The notes under the pieces were generated by a model, which did no database searches, was not told the DNA's origin, and worked only from the letters and a program-made list of their open reading frames with translations. Shown here piece by piece: positions 35,246 through 44,215 of a stretch of DNA of 47,514 nucleotides. Both the position numbers and the translations under genes were made by a program. The stretch comes from Planctomycetota bacterium (GTDB lineage: Bacteria > Planctomycetota > Planctomycetia > Gemmatales > Gemmataceae), in contig JAGWVO010000001.1 of NCBI GenBank assembly GCA_018970845.1, positions 1 through 47,514 of the forward strand, written 5' to 3'. How positions within the stretch are numbered: the first letter of the stretch is position 1; each line of letters starts with the position of its first letter.

Positions 35246-36334
35246 ATGGGAACGGGGCGGCTCAGGGTGGGGTTGGCCGGGGTGGGCCACCTCGGCAAGG
35301 CCCACGCGAGGATCCTGTCGCAACTTCCCGGAGTGGAACTCGTCGGCGTCGCCGACCCGATGATCGACCAAGCCAGGGCCGTGGCCGACGAGCGCCACTG
35401 CAAGTCCTTCGATTCCCACAAGCCGCTGCTTGAGCTTGTCGAGGCGATGGTGGTGGTGACCCCCACGCGCTTCCACCATGCCGTGGCGAGCGAGGCGCTG
35501 GAACGCGGCTTGCCGGTATTCGTGGAAAAGCCGCTCGCCTCGACCTCAGCCGAAGCGCTGCGTCTCGAGGAGACCGCGAAAAACAGGGGCGTGCCGCTGC
35601 AGGTGGGGCACATCGAGCGGTTCAATCCCGCCTACGAGGCCCTCAGGCGAAGGCAGTTCCGTCCCCGCTACATCAGGGCGGAGCGGTCGGGGCCCTTCAC
35701 CGGCCGGTCGCTCGACATCGGCGCCGTGCTCGACCTCATGATCCACGACATCGACCTGGTGCTCGACCAGGCGCGGGGCGCCGAGTTGGTCCGGGTCGAG
35801 GCGATGGGGACTTCCATCCTCGGCGGCCATGAGGACCTGGCCCAGGCCCGCCTGGTGATGGGCGACGGCCTGGTCGCCGACCTGACGGCCTGCCGCTGCC
35901 AACCCGCCGCGGTGCGGCAAATGACCATGTGGGGCGCCGAGGGGTTCGCGACGCTCGACTTCGCCACGAAGTGCCTCAGGTTTGTCGAGCCATCGGAGGA
36001 GATTGTCCAGAAGCGGATCAAGGCACCCGAGATGGCTCCCGGGGAATTGGCATCCCTGAAGGAGACCATTTTCCAGAAACATCTGGTTCCGGGGGAAACG
36101 GCGTGCCCCGGTCCGCATGACGCCCTCACAAGCGAGTTGATCGACTTCGTCGCGGCGATCAGGCAGCAGAGGGCGCCGCGGGTGGATGGCAGGGCCGGCC
36201 GGCGCGCGATCCAGGTGGCCGAGCGGATCATCGCGGCGATCGCCGAGCACGCCTGGACGGGAAATCCCGACGGCCCCAGGGGACCCCACGGGCTTCCCGC
36301 GCTTTCCAAGGAAGCCCCGCGCCGGGCGGCGTGA
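35246..36334 (+). CDS. Gfo/Idh/MocA-family NAD(P)-dependent oxidoreductase
   Basis: Start at the ATG at 35246 with GGGAGGG upstream. Rossmann 'LRVGLAGVGHLG' and the family motif 'VFVEKPLA'. It begins 29 nt after lpxC. Confidence 0.8.
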   Translation: MGTGRLRVGLAGVGHLGKAHARILSQLPGVELVGVADPMIDQARAVADERHCKSFDSHKPLLELVEAMVVVTPTRFHHAVASEALERGLPVFVEKPLASTSAEALRLEETAKNRGVPLQVGHIERFNPAYEALRRRQFRPRYIRAERSGPFTGRSLDIGAVLDLMIHDIDLVLDQARGAELVRVEAMGTSILGGHEDLAQARLVMGDGLVADLTACRCQPAAVRQMTMWGAEGFATLDFATKCLRFVEPSEEIVQKRIKAPEMAPGELASLKETIFQKHLVPGETACPGPHDALTSELIDFVAAIRQQRAPRVDGRAGRRAIQVAERIIAAIAEHAWTGNPDGPRGPHGLPALSKEAPRRAA

Positions 36335-36345
36335 CATTTTCGGGG

Positions 36346-37731
36346 CTACGCGAGCAACGAGTGGATCACTTCACCTTGCACGAGCGGGATTTCCCGGCCG
36401 AGGCGGTCGTGGATGTGGCTTGAGGCGGGCACGCCGAGGCGGTGATAGAGCGTGGCCACGAGGTCGGCGGGGCGGACCGGCGATGTGCTGGGCTCCGCGG
36501 CGTAGCGGTCGGATGAGCCGTGCACCACTCCCCGGCGGAATCCGCCACCGGCGACGATGGAACTGAAAACCTTGGCCCAGTGGTCGCGTCCGTCGCGTCC
36601 AGCGCCCGCCCCGCCGGGAACCGACTGGCCCACCCGGGGGGTGCGACCCATCTCGCCCGACCAGACGACCAGCGTCTCGTCGAGCATGCCGCGGTCCTCG
36701 AGGTCGTCGAGCAGGGCGCAGAAGGCCTTGTCCGCCGGTGGGCAGAGCCGCGTCTTGAGGTCGATGAAATTGCGCTGGTGCGTGTCCCAGTACACGCTCA
36801 CATTGGTGATGCCGTCGTTTTGCCAATAAACCGTCACCACGGGCACGCCGGCCTCGATGAGCCTGCGGGCCTGCAGCACCGACTGTCCATGGATGTTCAT
36901 GCCGTACCGTTCGCGCAGGGCCAGCGGTTCGCGCGACAGGTCGAAGGCGGCGGCGGCCTTCCGGTTGGCCAACAGGCGGAATCCCTGTTCCCGGTGGCGG
37001 GCCTGGGCCGAGGAGTCGGCCGATGTGAACGGCGAGCTGGTCTCCAGGCCGTTGACGAGGCCGGCGCGTTCGGCCATTCGGCTTCCAGCCAAGTCGGCGG
37101 CCGGAGTGATCTCGCCGATGGTGTAGTCGGCGCTGGAAGGATCGGCCTCGATTCGCATCGGCTGCCACACCGGCCCGAGCCAGCCGGCCCCCTGTCCATG
37201 CGTGGATTCGACGAAGCGTGGCGCCTTGTCGGGCGAGTGGGGCATCAGGTTGATCGCCGGCGGCAAGTCGGTCCCCTTGCCTCTGCCCATGCGGGCCAGC
37301 ACCGACGAAAGGCCCGGGAAGTCGTCACGAAGGGGTTGGCCCAGGTTGGCCATGGGGTGGCCGGTGAGCAGCAGGTGGGGCGCGGTGGTGTGGTTCACAT
37401 CGTCGTGGGTCATCGACCGGATGAGGCACACCTTGTCGAGGCGCCTGGCAATGCCCGGCAGGTGCTCGCACACGCGCACGCCGGGAAGCGCCGTCTGGAT
37501 GGTTGAGAACTCCCCGCGGTACTCCACGGGGGCTTCAGGCTTGGGATCGAGCGTGTCCTGCTGGGCGGGGCCGCCCCACAGGAAGATGAAGATGCAGGCC
37601 TTGGCCGGGCCATCCAGCTTGGCGCCATGAAGCGTGGTGGGAACACCCGGCGCCAGAAGTGGCAAGGCACCCAAGCGAAGCGCCGACCTTCTGTCAAACA
37701 AGCCATGGCGCATGGGAGGGAGTCCTAGCAT
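36346..37731 (-). CDS. DUF1501 domain protein (second copy, no adjacent DUF1549/1553 partner)
   Basis: 'ACIFIFLWGGPAQQDTLDPK' and 'SGEMGRTPRV...GRDHW'. Tat-like 'FDRRSALRLGALPLL'. Start taken at the ATG at 37731 (AAGGA upstream); 37713 is also possible. Confidence 0.8.
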   Translation of the reverse strand: MLGLPPMRHGLFDRRSALRLGALPLLAPGVPTTLHGAKLDGPAKACIFIFLWGGPAQQDTLDPKPEAPVEYRGEFSTIQTALPGVRVCEHLPGIARRLDKVCLIRSMTHDDVNHTTAPHLLLTGHPMANLGQPLRDDFPGLSSVLARMGRGKGTDLPPAINLMPHSPDKAPRFVESTHGQGAGWLGPVWQPMRIEADPSSADYTIGEITPAADLAGSRMAERAGLVNGLETSSPFTSADSSAQARHREQGFRLLANRKAAAAFDLSREPLALRERYGMNIHGQSVLQARRLIEAGVPVVTVYWQNDGITNVSVYWDTHQRNFIDLKTRLCPPADKAFCALLDDLEDRGMLDETLVVWSGEMGRTPRVGQSVPGGAGAGRDGRDHWAKVFSSIVAGGGFRRGVVHGSSDRYAAEPSTSPVRPADLVATLYHRLGVPASSHIHDRLGREIPLVQGEVIHSLLA

Positions 37732-37905
37732 TGGGGCACATCCTTGATTATCGGTTGTGATTTGAAACTGGTCAAATCGCGGGGATTTGAAGGCGTTGGT
37801 GGATGAGCCGAATGTGTTGTCCGGAGAAAACCGGAGCAAACAATAAGGTCGAAGCGATTTGACCGATATCCAACAAGCGTCTTGCCACGCGGGGCCATGC
37901 CGCAT

Positions 37906-39507
37906 TCACGAGCTGCATGAGAGCATCGAGCAGCCGGGCTTGTGGCGGGCCCAGTCGGGCCGGCGGGCGGCGAAATGCTCCCGGTGCGGTTGCTCATCGT
38001 AAGGATGGCGCAGCAGGTCGAGCAGTTCCGCGATCATCGACGGATCGCCCGCCGTCGCCTTGTCGATCGCCTGCTGGGCGAGGTAGTTGCGCAGCACATA
38101 CTTCGGGTTGGCGGCGTTCATGCGCTGGGCGCGCGCCGGGGGTCCGGATTCCTCGGATCGCAGCCGGTCCCCCCACCGGCGCAGCCAGGCCATGGTGCGG
38201 TCCCTGTGGTCCGCGCCGAGCTGTTCCGGCCTGTAATAAGCCTCCGTCAGGGGCGAGGGGATTTCCGTTGCGAGTGATTCAGGATCCACCTTGGAAAGGT
38301 TTCGGAAGAAGATCGTCATGTCGGTCTCAACCACCTGCAGGACGGCCAGCAACTCGTCGAACAGGGGCCTGTCGTCGGCGCTGGCGTTTGCGAGGCCCAG
38401 CTTCAGTCCGAGTGTTTGTCTCCAGCCTTGCTGGAACGAGCCGGCGTAGAGGTCGATCCCCGCCTGCAACGGTTCGGTGTCGTTGAACAGGGGCACGAGC
38501 GCGTTGGCCAGTTGCAACAGGTTCCACATGGCCACCTGCGGCTGGTTGCCGAAGCGGTACCGCCTGCCCGAGGCATCGGTGGTGTTGGGGGTCCAGTCGG
38601 GATCGTAGTTCTCCAGCCAGCCGTAGGGGCCATAGTCGATCGTCTGGCCGAGGATCGACATGTTGTCGGTGTTCATGACGCCATGGACGAAGCCCACGCG
38701 CATCCAATGCACCACCATGTCGGCGGTCGCGCGGCAAACCTCATGGAACCAGCGGATATCGGTCTCGGGGCCGGGTTCGCCCAGGTGGGGAAAATCGTGG
38801 CGGATGGTGTGGTCGACAAGTTGCCTGAGGATGTCGGTCTCGCCTCGCGCCGAGAGGATCTGGAAATTGCCGAATCGCGTGAACGACGGCGCGACGCGGC
38901 AGACGACGGCGCCCGGTTCACGCGCCGGGTTGCCGTCGTAGAACATGTCGCGCACCACCTGCTCGCCGGTGAGCACCAGGCTGAGGGCGCGGGTTGTGGG
39001 CGCGCCGAGGTGGTGCATCGCCTCGCTGCAGAGGAACTCGCGGATCGACGAGCGGAGCACCGCCAATCCGTCGGCGGTGCGGGAGTAGGGGGTCGGGCCC
39101 GCTCCCTTGAGCTGAAGCACATGCCGCTGTCCGGAGTCGTTCACCACCTCGCCCAGGTTGATGGCGCGGCCATCACCCAGTTGCCCGGCCCATGAGCCGA
39201 ATTGGTGTCCTCCATAGCACATCGCGAACGGATCCATTCCTGGAAGGACCAGGTTGCCGGAGAACACGCGGGCCATCAGCGCCGGGTCTTGGGGAAGCGG
39301 GTCGAGGCCCAGCAGGGTGGCCACCTCGGGAGACCACCCGATGAGCGACGGGTTGGAGACGGGCGTGGGCAGCACGCGCGAGAAGCAGGCGCGGGGAACC
39401 TGCCTGCGGCGGTTGGCCGTCTCGGGGTCTCCCGGCAGGTCGCGGGTGAAGGAATTGTCGAAGGCCAGCCGTTCGAGGCCGCCTGAAAGTGAGGTTTCAA
39501 CCGGCAT
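37906..39507 (-). CDS. selO: Protein adenylyltransferase SelO (YdiU family)
   Basis: 'CYGGHQFGSWAGQLGDGRAINLGE', 'LQLKGAGPTPYSR' and 'HGVMNTDNMSILGQTIDYGPYGW'. The start at 39507 overlaps the thiD stop by 11 nt. Confidence 0.9.
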   Translation of the reverse strand: MPVETSLSGGLERLAFDNSFTRDLPGDPETANRRRQVPRACFSRVLPTPVSNPSLIGWSPEVATLLGLDPLPQDPALMARVFSGNLVLPGMDPFAMCYGGHQFGSWAGQLGDGRAINLGEVVNDSGQRHVLQLKGAGPTPYSRTADGLAVLRSSIREFLCSEAMHHLGAPTTRALSLVLTGEQVVRDMFYDGNPAREPGAVVCRVAPSFTRFGNFQILSARGETDILRQLVDHTIRHDFPHLGEPGPETDIRWFHEVCRATADMVVHWMRVGFVHGVMNTDNMSILGQTIDYGPYGWLENYDPDWTPNTTDASGRRYRFGNQPQVAMWNLLQLANALVPLFNDTEPLQAGIDLYAGSFQQGWRQTLGLKLGLANASADDRPLFDELLAVLQVVETDMTIFFRNLSKVDPESLATEIPSPLTEAYYRPEQLGADHRDRTMAWLRRWGDRLRSEESGPPARAQRMNAANPKYVLRNYLAQQAIDKATAGDPSMIAELLDLLRHPYDEQPHREHFAARRPDWARHKPGCSMLSCSS

Positions 39508-40300
39508 GGGTGGGGTCGCCTCGCGGATCCGCGAACATGTTGATGGGGCCGAATCCGCCGCCAAGGCCGGGGTTGGTTTTGATGGCGAGGCGCACGAACT
39601 CCTTGGCGCCCCGGGCGGCCGCGCCGACCTCCTCGCCGCGGGCCAACCGCGCGGTGATGGCGGCGGAAAGCACGCAACCGGTGCCGTGGGTGTGCGGCGT
39701 TTCGACGCGGCCGGCCGGCAGCAGCGTGGCGTGCCCATCGGCCAGCAGCAGGTCGGAGGCCTCGCCCGCCAGATGTCCGCCCTTCACCAGCACATGCCTC
39801 GGCCCCATCGAGGCGATGAGGCGCGCCGCCCGTTCCATCGAGGCGATGCTGTCGGCCTTCATGCCCGCGAGTTGTTCGGCCTCGGCCAGGTTGGGAGTGA
39901 CGAGGAACGCCCGGGGCAGCAACCGCGAGATCAGGGCCTTGGCGGCCTCGGGGGCCATCAGCGGGGCGCCATGCTTGCTCACCATCACCGGGTCGATGAT
40001 GAGCGGGAACCGGGTGGGGCCGAGCCTGTCGGCGACGGCCTCGATGATGGCGGCATTGCCCAGGGCGCCCGTCTTGGCGGCGGCTGGAGCAATGTCGGAA
40101 AGCACCGCGTCGAGTTGCGCCACCACGAGGTCGGGCCGGACGATGTCCACCGCCGAAACGGCGCGGGTGTTCTGCACGGTGAGCAAAGTGACCACGCTCA
40201 TGCCGTACACGCGGTGCTGGTGGAAGGTTTTCAGGTCGGCCTGAAGGCCCGCTCCCCCGGACGGGTCGGAGCCCGCGATGGTGAGGGCGGTGGCGGTCAT
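39497..40300 (-). CDS. thiD: Hydroxymethylpyrimidine/phosphomethylpyrimidine kinase
   Basis: 'LTIAGSDPSGGAGLQADLKTF', 'VKGGH' and 'HGTGCVLSAAI' motifs of ThiD. Confidence 0.9.
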   Translation of the reverse strand: MTATALTIAGSDPSGGAGLQADLKTFHQHRVYGMSVVTLLTVQNTRAVSAVDIVRPDLVVAQLDAVLSDIAPAAAKTGALGNAAIIEAVADRLGPTRFPLIIDPVMVSKHGAPLMAPEAAKALISRLLPRAFLVTPNLAEAEQLAGMKADSIASMERAARLIASMGPRHVLVKGGHLAGEASDLLLADGHATLLPAGRVETPHTHGTGCVLSAAITARLARGEEVGAAARGAKEFVRLAIKTNPGLGGGFGPINMFADPRGDPTHAG

Positions 40301-40425
40301 GCGCTGGCTCCGAAGGGAGGTGTCAAAGCCCACTATAGACGCCCCGGGATGGTTGCCGGGGTCTCGTCCCCGCGGTTACCATCGGCACTTCGGCCCTTGG
40401 ATGGGCCTTTGTTGTGGAATGGATC

Positions 40426-42846
40426 ATGAGACTTTTGACAACCCTTGGCCTGGTGCTGGCATTCGTCACCTCCGGGCGGACCGCCGATGAAAACCTCGAT
40501 TGGCACGACATCAAGTCGCTGGGCCTGGAAGGACAGGCGTTCGCCGACTGCAAGGCGCCGTTCGACCGCCTGCCGGCGCGAGCCGAGGGGGTGGTTCGTC
40601 CGGGTGTTTGGGGGCTGGGCCGGCAATCTGCCGGCTTGTGCGTTCGGTTTGTCACCGATGCCCCCGCGATCCACGCCAAATGGACGCTCACATCGCCGAA
40701 CTTGGCCATGCCGCACATGCCGGCCACCGGCGTCAGCGGTCTGGACCTTTACATGCGGTCGCCCCAAAGCGGCGCCTGGCAATGGCTGGGCGCCGGCCGT
40801 CCCTCGGGCAAGGAAAACTTCGCCGTCATCGGCTCGGGTTACGCCTCGGGCAAGCATGAATTCCTGCTCTACCTGCCGCTTTACAACGGCGTTTCGGAGG
40901 TCTCCCTGGGAGTGGCCCGTGGCAATTCCGTGTCCAAGGCCCCGGCGTACCCTCCCGACCGGGCCAAGCCCGTGGTGTTTTACGGCACTTCCATCACCCA
41001 GGGCGGTTGCGCGTCGCGGCCGGGCATGGTGCACACGGCCATCCTTGGGCGCAGGCTGGGAGTTCCCGTCGTGAACCTCGGGTTCTCCGGCAACGGCATG
41101 ATGGAACTTGAGGTGGGGAAGTTCATCGCCGAGATCGACGCCTCCGTCTATGTGATCGACTGCCTTCCGAACATGACCGCCGACAAGGTGGCGGAGCGGA
41201 CGGAACCGCTGGTGCGGCAATTGCGCGCCGCCAGGCCGGGGGCGCCCATCGTGCTCGTGGAGGACAGGCTGTATTCCAACGCGCCGTTGGTGGAAGGCAA
41301 CCGCAAGCGCAACGAGACAAGCCGTCAGGCCCTTTGGACTGCGTACCGGAAGCTGGTCGATTCGGGAGTCTCCGGGCTGCATTACCTTCCAGGCGACCGT
41401 CTCCTCAATGCCGATGGCGAGGGCACGGTGGATAATTCCCACCCGACCGACCTGGGGTTCGTCCAGCATGCCGACGCCTTCGAGAAGGTCTTGGCACCCC
41501 TGTTGCCCAAGGGGATGGCCGAAAAGGACCGCAAGCCGGTGGAGGCCTATACCGACAAGCTGAGCTACAAGGCCGGCGACTCCATCGCCTTCCATGTGGC
41601 GTCGCGGGGGCCCAAAGCGCGGATGGAGGTTTTCCGGGTGGGAGCCGCCCGTGAACCGGTATGGAAGGGGGAGCCTTTCGACGCGCCGTTTCCGGCGGTT
41701 CCGGCGAACGCGTCATCGCATGGTTGCGGGTGGCCGGTGGCCACGCGCGTGATGGTGCCGGCGACCTGGAAGTCGGGTTATTACATCGCCCGCATCGACA
41801 CGACCCTGCCCGACGGGAAGCCCGCCTCGGGCGAGGCATGGTTCATCATTCGTCCCGAGCGGCCCGCGGCCGCCAACAAGATCCTCCTGCAACTGGCCAC
41901 CAACACCTACAACGCCTACACGAATTGGGGCGGATACAGCCTCTACGCCTACAACGGCCGCGACAAGGTCCAGGGCCGGCGCGTCTCGTTCGACAGGCCC
42001 GTCTCGTCGCAGTTCCCCCGCTGGGAGCAGCCGTTCGTCGCCTGGGCCGAGAAGGCCGGCTACGGCATCGACTACGCCGCCAACTCCGACCTCGAACAGC
42101 ACCCCGAACTGCTCAAGGGATACAAGCTCGTTCTCAGCGTCGGCCACGACGAATACTGGTCGGCCGGCATGCGCGACGCCCTCGAGCGGTTTGTCGGCGC
42201 CGGCGGCAACGCCGCGTTCCTCAGCGGCAACACCTGCTGCTGGCAGGTGCGGCCCGAGGAGCATGGCCGGGCCCTGGTCTGCTTCAAGCAGGCCCACGCT
42301 CTCGACCCGTTCTTCGACAAGGGCGAGCACGCCCTGTTGAGTTCCCTCTGGAGCCATCACCTCGCCAAGCGCCCCGAGAACACGATGACGGGCGTGGGCT
42401 TCCTCTGGGGCGGTTACCGCAAGAGCCATGGCCAGTTCATGACCGAACCCGCCGAGTACGCGGTGCACCGCCCCGAACACTGGCTGTTCGAGGGCACCGG
42501 CATCAAGCGGGGCGGCACATTCGGCGCCAAGGACACCGTCGTGGGCTACGAGTGCGATGGTTGCGAACTGGAATGGAAGGATGGCCTGCCCGTTCCCACC
42601 TTCCGTGACGGCACGCCGAAGTCGATGGTGGTGCTGGCCACCTGCCCGGTGCGCTGGCATCCCGACGACTGCGAGTTCTACGAGAAGTGGGAGAAGGGGC
42701 GACTTGGCAACGCCGTGCTCGGCATCCATGAGCGCGGCGGCACGGTCGTCACCGCAGGCACCACCGACTGGTCCCATGGGCTGTCCGGCGGCGACCCGGT
42801 GGTGACGCGCGTCACCCGCAACCTTCTCGACAGGCTGGCGAAGTGA
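40426..42846 (+). CDS. Exported fusion protein: CE2-like SGNH esterase (N-terminal half) fused to an N,N-dimethylformamidase large-subunit-like domain (C-terminal half)
   Basis: Signal 'MRLLTTLGLVLAFVTSG'. SGNH blocks 'FYGTSITQGG', 'GFSGNG' and 'DNSHPTDLG'. The C-terminal part has 'LQLATNTYNAYTNWGGYSLY', 'VGHDEYWS' and 'AFLSGNTCCWQVR'. An alternative GTG start at 40414 is possible. Confidence 0.7.
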   Translation: MRLLTTLGLVLAFVTSGRTADENLDWHDIKSLGLEGQAFADCKAPFDRLPARAEGVVRPGVWGLGRQSAGLCVRFVTDAPAIHAKWTLTSPNLAMPHMPATGVSGLDLYMRSPQSGAWQWLGAGRPSGKENFAVIGSGYASGKHEFLLYLPLYNGVSEVSLGVARGNSVSKAPAYPPDRAKPVVFYGTSITQGGCASRPGMVHTAILGRRLGVPVVNLGFSGNGMMELEVGKFIAEIDASVYVIDCLPNMTADKVAERTEPLVRQLRAARPGAPIVLVEDRLYSNAPLVEGNRKRNETSRQALWTAYRKLVDSGVSGLHYLPGDRLLNADGEGTVDNSHPTDLGFVQHADAFEKVLAPLLPKGMAEKDRKPVEAYTDKLSYKAGDSIAFHVASRGPKARMEVFRVGAAREPVWKGEPFDAPFPAVPANASSHGCGWPVATRVMVPATWKSGYYIARIDTTLPDGKPASGEAWFIIRPERPAAANKILLQLATNTYNAYTNWGGYSLYAYNGRDKVQGRRVSFDRPVSSQFPRWEQPFVAWAEKAGYGIDYAANSDLEQHPELLKGYKLVLSVGHDEYWSAGMRDALERFVGAGGNAAFLSGNTCCWQVRPEEHGRALVCFKQAHALDPFFDKGEHALLSSLWSHHLAKRPENTMTGVGFLWGGYRKSHGQFMTEPAEYAVHRPEHWLFEGTGIKRGGTFGAKDTVVGYECDGCELEWKDGLPVPTFRDGTPKSMVVLATCPVRWHPDDCEFYEKWEKGRLGNAVLGIHERGGTVVTAGTTDWSHGLSGGDPVVTRVTRNLLDRLAK

Positions 42847-42865
42847 ATTTTCCCGGAGGTTCCCA

Positions 42866-44215
42866 ATGACCATGTTCGCCGCGGCCGCCCTCATGGCGGC
42901 CATGACAACCAGCGCCCCGGCCGCCGATCCGGTTGTCGATTGGGTGATATCCGCGGGAGGCAAACTCCACGACAAGGTCAGGGGACTGGCCGTCGATCCC
43001 CAAGGCAACATTTTCCTCACCGGTGAATTCACGGGTGAGGCCGCATTCGGCGACATCACCCTGAAGGCGGCCGGATCCATGGACTTTTTCGTCGCCAAGG
43101 TGAGCCCCCAGGGAAAGTTCCTGTGGGTGCGCGCGGGGGGCGGGGCGAAGATCGACCGCGGCTATGCCGTGGCCGCGGACGACAGGGGCAACTGCGTGGT
43201 GACCGGGCATTTCGAAAGTTCCGACGCGGTGTTCGGAAGCCACAAGCCGGCCCTCGCGGGCGAATACGACGCCTTCGCCGCGAGGTACGACGCCAACGGT
43301 GAACTGGCCTGGTTCCACGCCTTCGGCGGCAAGGGATACGACTACGGCCATGGAGTGGGCATGGACGGCGCCGGCAACGCGGTGGTGACGGGGGCGCTGG
43401 CCGGTTCCGGAACGCTCGCCGGGCAGGCCATCGGCGAATCGGGCCCTTCGCGGATCTTCTGCGCCAAGTTCGACCCGGCAGGCAAGGTGGCCTGGGCGCG
43501 CGTGGCGACCGGCGCAGGAAACAGCACCGGCCACGGCATCGCCGTCGACAGGGCGGGCAACAGCTATGTCGGCGGCGCCGCCGGCGGCGAGGCTGCCCTG
43601 GCTGGCTTGGAATTGTGCAAGAAACCCGGCCGTGACATCCTCGTGGCCAAGCTTGATCCCTCGGGCAAGGCGGTCTGGATCCACGACGGCTTCGGCAGCG
43701 ACTCCGCCATGGTTCACGAGATCTGCGCCGACGAAACGGGCCGCGTTTGGGTTTCGGGGATGTTCAAGGGCAAGCTCAAGACAGGGGCGGGGGAGGTTGC
43801 CAGCCATGGCGACAGCGACCTGCTGGTCGCCGCGCTCGACGCCTCGGGCAAGCGGGCCTGGACCCGCGTGGCGGGCGGACCACGGATCGACTACGGCCTG
43901 GGGGTGGCGACCGACGGGCAAGGCAACGCCTTCCTCACCGGGTCGTTTTCGGGCAAGGTGCGATTCGGCGACCGCGAACTCGATTCCGGCCCGGCCGCCG
44001 ACATCTTCATCGCCGGCCTCGATTCCAAGGGTGAGTTCCGCTGGCTGCTCCAGCCCAAGGGCAAGGCCACCGACCATGCCTACACGATCGCCCATCATCA
44101 GGGCTTGCTCTACCTTTCGGGCGCGTGCTCGGGTGAGGCGAATTTCGGAGACAAGCCGATCACCCACCGGGGCAGCAACGACATATTCCTGTCGAGGGTG
44201 AGGCTGGCGCCATGA
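42866..44215 (+). CDS. SBBP-type beta-propeller repeat protein (exported)
   Basis: GGAGG RBS and signal 'MTMFAAAALMAAMTTSAPAA'. Repeated units of the form 'D..GN.(F/Y/V).TG.F.G...FG......G..D.F(V/I)AK....G...W'. Confidence 0.65.
   Translation: MTMFAAAALMAAMTTSAPAADPVVDWVISAGGKLHDKVRGLAVDPQGNIFLTGEFTGEAAFGDITLKAAGSMDFFVAKVSPQGKFLWVRAGGGAKIDRGYAVAADDRGNCVVTGHFESSDAVFGSHKPALAGEYDAFAARYDANGELAWFHAFGGKGYDYGHGVGMDGAGNAVVTGALAGSGTLAGQAIGESGPSRIFCAKFDPAGKVAWARVATGAGNSTGHGIAVDRAGNSYVGGAAGGEAALAGLELCKKPGRDILVAKLDPSGKAVWIHDGFGSDSAMVHEICADETGRVWVSGMFKGKLKTGAGEVASHGDSDLLVAALDASGKRAWTRVAGGPRIDYGLGVATDGQGNAFLTGSFSGKVRFGDRELDSGPAADIFIAGLDSKGEFRWLLQPKGKATDHAYTIAHHQGLLYLSGACSGEANFGDKPITHRGSNDIFLSRVRLAP

Noticed and set aside
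40301-40413. A possible TPP riboswitch upstream of thiD. GC hairpins CGGGG-acgaga-CCCCG and CCCCGG-caaccatc-CCGGGG share a strand at about 40342-40373.
   Set aside because: The conserved TPP-aptamer elements (the CUGAGA bulge and the ACCUGAUCUGGAUAAUGCCAGCG-like pyrimidine-sensor helix) are absent. The hairpins may be chance GC palindromes or a simple attenuator. An Rfam scan would settle it.
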